This document shows positions 14,176-24,552 of a stretch of 64,000 nucleotides of DNA, piece by piece. The notes below the pieces were generated by a model. The model did not search any database and was not told where the DNA came from. It worked only from the letters and a program-made list of their open reading frames with translations. The first letter of the stretch is position 1, and each line of letters begins with the position of its first letter. This stretch comes from Kudoa neothunni (taxonomy: Eukaryota; Animalia; Cnidaria), in contig OZ199840.1 of assembly GCA_964304625.1 (NCBI GenBank), forward strand, positions 177,795 to 241,794, written 5' to 3'. The position numbers were made by a program, and so were the translations under genes.

Positions 14176-16555
14176 ACAAATCTACTATAGAACTCATCTA
14201 TTTGTGATAGATTTGGGATTTGGTTCCTCTCTAAGGTATTTTAAAAGCCAAACTAATATTAATTTATCCGTAAATATAAAGTTGCCATATTTATACCCAA
14301 GTTTAATAACTGTTAACGTTAGACTTACAATTAGAAACATCACCAGTTATTAAATATGGCTAATAATATTTAGAAAATTTGTAGGAATAAAGCATATGAA
14401 TTAACAGAAATATGCGGTGTCACACAAGCTATACAAACTGAACAATCAATAAAATTGTAGAAGGAAAATTCTTTATTTATATTTTTTTGAATGGCGCTTA
14501 TTATAACCAGGTTAGTCCTACTTTAAATAATAAAATTACTTCGCTACAAACTACCTGATTCAATCATATATACAAAAATCTATTGAAAAATGAGCAATTT
14601 AATTTATTAATTCGTTTGTGAAAAATCAAGTTCGAAATATATTCTGCCTTTTTCTTTTGTATTTGAAAAATAATTGCTAAACCAATCAAACATGTAATTC
14701 CTCCACATGATGTGTAATTTTAACCACAGCGGATACTGAAAAGCAAAAAATTGATAACGGGTGATTTGTTTTTAATAAATATTTGATCGAAACGTACTTA
14801 TTTGTACATACTGACCCCACGCTGTTTGTCCTATTTATCACCATATCCGTGCAGTACCCAAAAAATCAAATTTATATCTTTTATTAAATTTTGTTTAAAA
14901 TGCAATGCAATGCAATTAAATTTATATTAATATTAAATTCTTTTGAAATAATTGCTTCCAGACTTGTAATCAAATTTTTTTTATAAAAATCTGTCTCCGC
15001 AAAGATATAATTGTCCACCACTGAACATGAAGAAAATATAATGTTAGTATAATTGAAGAAATTTCAAACAAATATGACACAGGAAACGTTGCCAACAAGA
15101 CTCAAATTTCGCGAAAAAGAGGTTTAAATTAAAGGGTAAAATGTTCCATTTGCCCAAGAGAGCATCATAACAAACATTCAACTCGCCACTAAAATTGTAT
15201 GAAACCTATGTTTAACCCACATATACCGATATAATGTGGAAGTTGCATCTAAAATTAAAATTGATTATATTTTAAAAATTATAATTTTTCTTATTTTTGA
15301 TGGAGTAATTATTCATAAAACTACTATTTCTATCCTGGGGTCAAAAACGACCCCAAACTCATTTAAAGGGGAAAATCGTCGACTCAGTACGAGTGTTAAT
15401 AGAAGTATTACCATATTTAATTTTCGCGTAGCCGTCAAAATTAACAGTGGCTTGTATGTCGTGATGTCTGGTTTGGATCAAAATACCGTAAATTACTTTG
15501 CCTGTAATACCATTTAACACAACATCCTTACACGGAGCATAACAGCTTTTAACGTTACTACCACAAACAGACTTGTATGATTTATCGGTTGCTGTGTCCA
15601 GTCCATCTTTAAGACTGAACAAGCATATTTCAGACGACGGGGAGTTTGTGAATTTTATTCCCACCTTATTATCAGTTTTGGCAACAATATAAAACTGAGG
15701 CTCATAAATCGCTAAAGTTTTCTCCATATATTTATTGGGCATATTGTAGAAGAAGCTAGGATAATTTACACACCTTACTTCGTAATGAGGTAGCAATAAA
15801 TCAAAATCAACTATATTTTTAGTATTTTCGGCAATACAAGTGTCTCCTGCGGTACCATCATCATATTTAATATCTTTGTAATAAATAGGACAATTTACGC
15901 GTGCACAAGTTTTCGCCACCAATTTCAGCTTATTTGGGTCGGTACTGCCTGTAGACAGAGATACTGTAAATTGTGGATTAGCCAATAATGCTAAATTCGA
16001 TTGAGTTTTATATTAAATAATAATTATTTACGTATCGAATATCCGAATACTTTTGATTCTGCTCCTTGAGTTTTGGTTTTAACGGCAGCTGTGTCAGTGC
16101 CATCGTAGACGTAAATGTATTTTGTTCGTGGTGATAGCTGATCGTAGTTGACTTTATTGTCATCAGTATTACAAACGACAACACATTTATTAGCATCTCC
16201 ATCAGTATTGTCATGGGGAGGGCAGCTTGCGATGTCTACAAACGTATTTGCTGTTCCTGAACCACCAACTGATATTTCTGCTTCTTTAGATCGCATTAAA
16301 CGGCACTTTTTGCTAGCTCCATAATCGGAACCTTCAAGTTTGAGTTTAATTTTGTAGTCACCAGTTGTTTCCTTTACAATCTGGTATTTCAGCGTTTTCG
16401 TTGGAGGCGCAACTGCAGGTGAAGCTGCACCAGGAGAACCTGGATTTCCATTAGCATTGGCTGTGCTTGATATTAAAACACCTAAACTTACATTAGTATT
16501 AAAATTAACTCAGGAAGATACCTAAAACAAGGTAGAGAAATCCAACTATCCTCAT

Positions 16556-17034
16556 GATTGACAATTAAATGACCTACCAATTGATGATTCTGAATACAAT
16601 TGACCCGAATTTCACTCAATTGTGGATATAATGATTCATTCATTGTCAGATAGCAAAACTTAGAATAGACAACAATTATTCAAATGACTAAAAAATTAAT
16701 CTAAACTAATTTTTTGCCATAAAACTCAAATTGGTGTGGTAAATTAATTATGACATTTTAAGGAATAGAAGTTTTCACACGATATATTTTTTTAAGATAA
16801 TGTCGAAGTAAAATATTAAGCATTAGCAAAATAATCAGGCAATGCACTTTCGTGTATTCGTTCGTGTTAGTTTTTTTACGAATTAATTACCATGCCTAAA
16901 TTTTGGCACGAAATACGGACGAAATTTATTTTAACTATAAATTCCAATCTTGAATCGCGAAGGAAATCGAATTCATGGGTTTTATATGGGGAGGTTTAAT
17001 TTTTGGCACATATCGAAATAATGACTCAATAAAT
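16556..17034 (-). promoter_or_regulatory. Conserved upstream block of copy B, duplicate of 20068-20544
   Basis: Near-identical to the copy C upstream region over ~470 bp. The first ~200-280 bp are also conserved upstream of D and E. Regulatory function is inferred from position and conservation. Confidence 0.55.
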
Positions 17035-17067
17035 ACTACCTATTAACTACAGTTAACGAAAACTAAT

Positions 17068-20067
17068 TTAGTCTCTTTTCTTCTTCAATACCACGATGCC
17101 AACTATTGCAATAACCATAACCACAGCAACGCATGCAATAATAATTCTAAAATCAGTTAATTCAAATATCAGCATTTAAAAATGTTTACATTAGTTTGGT
17201 TTTATTCCTAAAAAATATTAAATTTGATAAAAGCATATTATTAAGCTCACCTTGAACTACTCTTTGCTCCTACAATACATAACATTAAATTACATTGTGA
17301 ACAAATAATATACCTTGTTGTATGTCAGCACCGCCAAAAATTGTAGCATCTTCAACACTGTAAACAGTCAAATAATAATCATTTCCATCAGGTAAATTAT
17401 TTATTTTGAATTCTTTACAGGTCACAAAGGCTGCACATCTGTCTACGCTTCTTCCCATGCAAGATTTTACTACGGCATTTGACTTGACACTGCTGTTACG
17501 TAACTCCCATTTGCATTTTGATTTATCGTTCATACTGGATGGAACTGTGGTGGTTACAATGAAACTGTTCCCGTCACGTGTAATGACGACTGATATCAAT
17601 TTTGAGGAGTCAGTTGGGTTTAATTGTGGTGCACCTAATATAAGTTTCGTTTAAGAAATTCTTAATAGAGACATTAATTGTAATACTTGATTCTATAATA
17701 TGCTCTTTTTGTGAAGATTTTCCAATAGCTGTGACTAAAATTTTGTATGTATTTGCTGCTTCATACTCGGGAAATGTTATGGAACTGCAAAGGGGATTTG
17801 AAGAACATGTATTTGCGCTGTTCGCGACATCAGCAAGCTGTGTATCTGAAGTGCCCGGAACTGAAGATTTCGCTGCTGTCATTGGGCCACCATCTGCTAC
17901 TATTGGCACAGCGATTCTAGCTATGTTGAGATCTGCTGAACTTACACTGGGAGGAGCAGCTGAAGGGGGTACTGGTGCTACTGGGGCGGTAACAGGTGTC
18001 GTTACTTTCGGCACCACAGGACATGTGTAATAGTCTGTGTAATCGTTACCAGTCTTCTTTTGTACGACATAACTACAAGTTGCAGTTGGATCCACGGAAT
18101 TTAATCGTGCCTTCAATGACAAACCATCCAATGTGATCTTATGTGTTATCGTTAATGTTGTTAATGCTATTAAGAATTTAAAGAGTAAATTATAATTTCA
18201 ATAACCTGTTTGTATATTTGTGTAATCTTTTATGTCGTAATCCTTATGTGCAATCACCCTGATATCATAAGGTTTGTTTGGCTCGAGGTCTTCTATCGTA
18301 ACTTGTTCACTGCAAATTCCTCTACATGGGGTGTTGCCATTGCATTTCGCGTGGAAAAAGCTATCTAATCCGGTTGGACTTATTAAATACTCACAGGTAG
18401 GTTCATTTTTCTTATCTGCAGATACAGTTGTGGTAGCAACCGTAGCTGTAAGAGAGACTGTCGTGTCTGTCTTTGTAGGATCAGTAGTTCCATATTCTTT
18501 ACTTTCTCCCTTTTCTTTATAATTCGTTATTTTTTAAAATTAATATAATAATTTACTTGTTCTTATGAATATATATTCTTTAAAATCACTTGGAAGATTG
18601 TCGCCTGCAAATGTGATCTCAATCATGTAGGCTTTTCCTGCTTCAAGTCCTTGAAGCACCCATTTTGTCGAACAATCAGTTTTGCACGTAGTGCCAGTGG
18701 AGGTTGCAGTGGTGCATGTTGATGTTGTTGGTGATCCTGATGTGATTTTGTCTGCAAAATAGTGTTTAAGAGTACAACTATTGAATGTTGGATTAGTTTT
18801 TCCTTGAAATACGGTACCATCAAATGTAACACCATCTTTGGCGTAAGAAGAAAGCAATCCTCCATCTGGTTCAGTAATCGCTAAGGAAAATAAAAAAACT
18901 CCCATTAATATAAGTATTACCATATTTAGTTTGTTTGTAACCTTCCAAACTAGCACCGGCGGATTCTATGTTGTGATGCCTTGTTTGGATCAAAATATCA
19001 TAAATCAACTTGCCTTCAATACCGTTTAACACAACATCCTTACAAGGAGCATAACATTTTTTAGCAGTATCACCACAAACTGAAGTATATTGTGAACTTT
19101 GTTCTGCAATCTTAGTATCTTTAAGACTGAACAAGCATATTTCAGACGATGGGGAATTGGTGAATTTAATTCCCACTTTGTGTTCAGCGTTGGCAACAAT
19201 ATAAAATTGAGGATTATAAATGGCTATGCTTTCCTTCATATATTGATTTGGCATATTGTAAAAGAAACTGGGATATTTTTCGCATCTTAATTCGTAATGC
19301 GGTAACAATAGATCAAAATCAACTTTATTAACGTTTTCGGTATTACAAGTGTTCGTAGTGGCAGCATCTGTATATTTAATATCTTTATAATAAATGTGAC
19401 AATTTACGGGCGCACAAGTTTTTGCACCGAATTTCAGCTTATTACTATCGGTAGTGTCGATGGACACGGCAATTTGTGGATTAGCCAATAATGCTAAGTT
19501 TTAATGATTTTTATATTAAATTTAATCTATTTACGTATTGAATAACCGAACACTTTTGATCCCGCACCTTGAGTTTTATCTTTAACATCAGCTACGGTAC
19601 CACCTACGTAGACGAATATGTATTTGGTTCTTGGTGACATCTCACTGTAATCAAAATCATTTGTATCAGTGTCACAGTTGACAACACATTTACCATTAAG
19701 AGTAGAATCATTAACTTTAGCAGCGCAGCTGTTGATGTCCGTAAACGCAGCTGCCGTTGTTGTACTCCCGGCACCCCCTGCAATTTCTGCTTCGTTAGAT
19801 CGTCTTATAAGGCATTTTTGGTCAGTTCCATATTCAGAGCCTTCCAATTTGAGTTTAATTTTGACTGGGTTAGGATTTAATCCTTTGACAATCTGGTATT
19901 TCAGAGTTTTCGTTGGAAGCGCAACTGCAGGTGAAGCTGCACCAGGAGAACCTGGATTTCCATTAGTATTGGCTGTGCTTGATATTAAAACACCTAAACT
20001 TACATTAGTATTAAAATTAACTCAGGAAGATACCTAAAACAAGGTAGAGAAATCCATCTGTTCGCAT
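17068..20067 (-). CDS. Family copy C, intact; 871-aa type I membrane protein with ~7 Cys-rich FN3-like modules
   Basis: Exons 20067-20034, 19993-19535, 19493-18921, 18880-18557, 18514-18206, 18166-17687, 17634-17314, 17269-17251, 17207-17190 and 17146-17068 total 2616 nt with an open frame and GT-AG introns of 39-52 nt. Signal MRTDGFLYLVLGVLISSTA; TM IIIIACVAVVMVIAIVGIVVL-KKKRD*. Confidence 0.9.
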
Positions 20068-20544
20068 GGTTGACAATTAAATAAACTACCAATTGATGGT
20101 TCTGAATACAATTGATCCGAATTCCACTCATGTGGATATAATGATTCATTCATTGTCAGACAGCAAAACTTATACTAGATAATAATTATTCAAGCTATTA
20201 AAAAATTAATCTAAACTAATTTTTTGCCATAAAACTCAAATTGGTGTGGTAAATTAAATATGACTTTTTAAGGAGTAAAGTTTTCACACGATATATTTTT
20301 TTAAGGTAATATCGAAGTAAAATATTAAGCTTTAGCAAAATAATCAGGCAATGCACTTTCGTGTATTCGTTCGTGTTAGTTTTTTTACGAATTAATTACC
20401 ATGCCTAAATTTTGGCACGAAATACGGACGAAATTTATTTTAACTATAAATTCCAATCTCGAATCGCGAACGAAATCGAATTTATGGGTTTTATATGGGG
20501 AGGTTTAATTTTTGGCACATATCGAAATAATGACTCAATAAATT
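20068..20544 (-). promoter_or_regulatory. Conserved upstream block (5'UTR/promoter) of copy C
   Basis: Shared with the B, D and E upstream regions (caattg repeats, gtggatataatgattcattcattgtcaga, ctcaaattggtgtggta). Confidence 0.55.
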
Positions 20545-20606
20545 TTATACTTGTAATAAATCAATCCTTAAGAAAGCAATAAAAAATATTGAATGAAATC
20601 TATATA

Positions 20607-21664
20607 GAGTCGAACCTTGTTTATCCGAAAATATTGAGACCTGGCATTTTCCTTTCGGATACTGAAATTTCGGTTAAACGCAGTTTGATGAATGCGCATG
20701 TGCACTGGTAAAAAATTGTAGTTTGGTTGCATACTTTAATTGCCACTATTTAATATTGGTTTTATATTTTTAGCGAATATTCTAACACATATATAAAAGT
20801 TATGCTAGGGAATATAATGTGAAAACATTAGTTTAAGGTACAGTAGTTTTATATCCAGTGTAGCCGGCGCACGCATACTACGGATGTGTGCGAATTTACC
20901 GCCGCTGCGCCATATTTGAATGATACATTCTAGATTCTAAATTATAGACTATTATTATTTTTTTATAATTTCTTATCAATATGAATATTGTGGGATGTAC
21001 TAATAATGGTGGTAAGAATAATTAAATTAACAATGAGGAATATTTTCCCAGAATTCTCCTTAACGGTATTTAGAATTTCCTTTTTAATTAAGATATGCTT
21101 TATTCCAACAATTTAAATTCTATTAATGATTGTTACGACTCAATAAGATTTAATAGCGGAGGTGTTATAGGAAAAGTAGATGTGTGAACAAACATTGTTG
21201 AATTGGTTCAACTCCGTGGATATATTGGTCTTTTGAACTCATTGATGGTTTTTGATAAAACATTCCAATAAATTTTATTTTTTATATTTTATTACTCATA
21301 AAAAGATGTAAGGGAATTTGTCGTTACTCAACATTTTTCTGTCCATTGTCAACATGATTACATTTCGAACGTGAAATGATATATTATCTATGTTTCTTTG
21401 TTTCTATTAATCGAGCATAAACTTAAATTGAATAAATAACGAACATATGTATCAAAAAAATAGATGTAGGTGCCATTTTAATCAGACACTAATCCAGATT
21501 TCAAGACATTTTTGTCCAAAAATTCCAGAAAAATTTGTTTCGGGATTGCGGTAGCTAAAATTTCTGCTAAACAAAATTTTTTTATTTAAAATCTATATAA
21601 TTTTAAAATAAATTTTAAACAATCGTTCGGATAGCGCGATTTTCAGATAAACTTGGTTCGACTA
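20607..21664. mobile_element. Tc1/mariner-pogo-type MITE
   Basis: Terminal inverted repeats agtcgaaccttgtttatccgaaaat / attttcagataaacttggttcgact, flanked by TA; no ORF. Confidence 0.65.
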
Positions 21665-22574
21665 TATATATATGTATATATAAAAGCAGAGACTATTGGT
21701 CAGACATATCAGTTTTACGATCGTTTCACGATTTTTTAATCTTAAAAAAGTAAGATTAAGATTTTTATTGCGAATTCTTAAATTACAACGTTTACAAACA
21801 TATTTTTAATATTTGAGTCGCTGCAGTTGGGAATTGTTATCGCCACATCGTGATTATCTTTTTCTAATATTATTTCTTTAACTTATATTTTATCGCGGAA
21901 ATTTGTGAATAAATCAATATGGTAATAGTATCTAAATAAAGCAATGGCATTAAATTTTATGAACCGTGTATTTCATGTAGCGTGGATATTCATACGCGAT
22001 GAACAGCAACGAAAGCGGTGGAAGCAACCATGATGTTAACACTAGCGAGAATGGCTTTTTTAAACCTCTAAGTCAGTAGTTATTAACCATTAGTCGCCGA
22101 ACCCCTACTACCTTATAAAAGGCCTCGTCGAACATAAAATTTTTTAAATTTTAAATAAAATGAATTATAATTTAATCAATATTTGGCACATCATAAAAAT
22201 TTCAAAATGTAAAAATCATATTAATATAAAACTAATTGGTGCGATTTTTTTCTTGTTTTTTTGTAACCAATTCCGTAATATGGGGAAAAATGTTGGAGAG
22301 AACAATTCGCATATCGCTCTCACAGAAAAGCCGATTTCGTAACTTATTTTTTATGGCGACCAGTCTTGAAAATGATTGTTCGCAAAGGTAGTTGTTACGA
22401 AAGAAACAAAAACTTCCAAAGCTTTCATCGAAATTGTAGGATATTTCTCAATTTAATTTATCAAAAAAAAGATCGATGGGTGAAACTTTCTCGAAAAGTT
22501 GTTTTTGAATTTTTTTATGTTGAAGTACGATAAGTTCATCAAGGTATTTATTATTGGCATCCTCAGCTGATGTA

Positions 22575-24177
22575 CAGTATTTCAAGACCTAAATGCAACT
22601 GCGTCCGATCAAAATGCAACCCCATGCAATAATGTCAAAAAAAGGAAATATGTTATCTTAAGTGATGATATGAAACAAATCGCAGTTTCACTCTCTGAAG
22701 TTCATAACCTTTTTCGTATAATTTCAAATTATTTCTAGAATCGACACTAACGAATACATTGCCGAGAAAATGGGTGTACATAAATCAACCATTGGGGGAA
22801 TTTTGAAGCAAAAACCGATGGATACGGAATTAAGGGCACCAAAAAAGAAAGGGGGGTGACAGATGGTCAAAATAGACTGAAACCCATAAATTATACATCC
22901 ACAAATTCGTGGACAAGGATTGTACCATTACATTAAATTCTATTACCGAAAAAGTTCTAGAATATTTTGGTATTAACGTTTCTCGTCAAACGATTGTGAA
23001 TTGTTTGAAAGATTTCCATTGTACCTCTAGAAAGAAATTCTTAGGATTGTTTTGAAACGAGAAAAAGGTATATTGTCATTTTAAAAAATTGCTCAAAAAT
23101 GAATAGATACGTGCTACCAATATCTTGAATTGAAGCCTCGTCATTCTACTGTCATCTATGTAGACGAATCAGGTTTTTCTTTGTCAATGAGAAGAACGTT
23201 TGGATGAGCACTTTCAGGGCCATGAGCGAACCTGAAATTGAAAAGCATTCGCTCTAAAAATATTACTTTAATCGCGGCCATAAGCTCGGAACGAGTGTGG
23301 GGCATTCCACGTAGAAAATGGAACTGTTAACCATCAAGTTTTTTCTATTTTCATAGATAAACTATTTTCCGACTTAAGTCGCAATGGGGTTGATAACGCC
23401 TTACTAATAATGGGCGATGTGAGATTCCACAAAATGGATCTAGTAAGGAACCAAATTCAATCTACAAACCATAGGTTATTATTTCTTCCATCATACTCTC
23501 CGCTCCACAATCCTATTGAAGAGTTCTTCCATAAAATTATGTCCATTGTAAGAAACAAGGGACCATCTAATCAGGAAGAAATTGATCAACGCAATTATGG
23601 CTAGCTCGGATGGAGTTTCTAATTACTAACTACAAAAATATGCGAATCATGCGGAATCCTATTTCGCAGCATGTATGTATTAATTCGGAAGAAATTAACA
23701 ATTAGGTTAATTTTACGTTTTTCTAAAAATATGAAGTTTAAATTGATTCCAATTAATATGTGACTTTTGTGTGTTGATGCCAATAAGATTACAAGTTTAA
23801 TAGTGGTAATTAAAGAAGCAGTAAAATCTTACATTGAAACAGTACATTTTTGAGAAGCGTAAGTATTGAAAATGTGACACCGTGATTAAATCTATGAGAG
23901 AAATGAATAAAAAATTAATTCTTTTATTTATTTTAAATAAATATGCATAAACTCTATGAGTGAAAAAAATTATTTGACGCGATTCGTTAATCACTTGTAT
24001 AAAATTCGAAAAATTATTCACTCTACCATAACTAACCATGTAGAATATTGTCAAAAAATATCTTAATTTGATACAAATTAAATCAAAAAATAAGTGAGTT
24101 GTTTATTTAAAAATTTGCATTTTGATTCGACATAACGGTTATCCGCGCGCTGGTTGCATTTAGGTCCTGAAATACTG
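22575..24177 (+). mobile_element. IS630/Tc1-like (DDE_3) transposon with pseudogenised transposase
   Basis: ~25-bp TIR cagtatttca(a/g)gacctaaatgcaac at both ends with TA flanks. Motifs VIYVDESGF, NITLIAAIS, MGDVRFHK and FLPSYSPLHNPIEEFF; stops and frameshifts. Confidence 0.9.
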
Positions 24178-24552
24178 TAATATTCTCTATAATTATAAAC
24201 GACAAAAAATCAAAATATATAATAAATAAAACTAAATCGATTTATTTAGATGTAAAATAAGGCAACTCTTCTGCCCAATAAACTAACCTATTTTACTTCT
24301 TGCTGATTTAGTAAAATCATTATATTAATTTAAGAAATTGTGCTAAACTAGTTTTTTTATTTTACTTATTATTTATGCATCATTTATATTAGCATAGTAA
24401 ATATAATTATTGATTTCTAAAATAATTTCAATAAAAATCAGTAAATTATCTTCATTTTGTATTAAATTGATAAAAATAGATTTAATTTTTGTGAAATATA
24501 AATATTTAACCATTTTTTATTTCTTTAAATTAATGTTGAATTATTTAAACTA

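Larger units (their letters stand above)
10625..15395. mobile_element. Outer piggyBac-family element (CAC-type TIR) inserted at a TTAA in intron 3 of copy B
   Basis: TTAA duplicated at 10621-10624 and 15396-15399. TIR cactc(c/g)tactgagt at both ends, plus internal IR gagtttggggtc...gacccca. Removing it restores a ~40-nt intron matching copy C intron 3. Confidence 0.85.
8776..16555 (-). pseudogene. Family copy B; intron 3 expanded by a 4.8-kb nested piggyBac insertion; two single-base indels
   Basis: ATG 16555 (MRIVGFLYLVLG|VLISS). Exon ORFs 16024-16296, 15359-15985, 9906-10571, 9624-9839 and 8993-9616. TM then KKKRD* ending at 8776. Extra G in run 9672-9677 and one base missing at the intron-6 acceptor (~9341) relative to copy C. 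Confidence 0.8.

Noticed and set aside
17068-20067. Alternative genetic code (stop read-through) to explain fragmented ORFs
   Set aside because: All stops in copy C fall within GT-AG introns; the spliced frame is open under the standard code.
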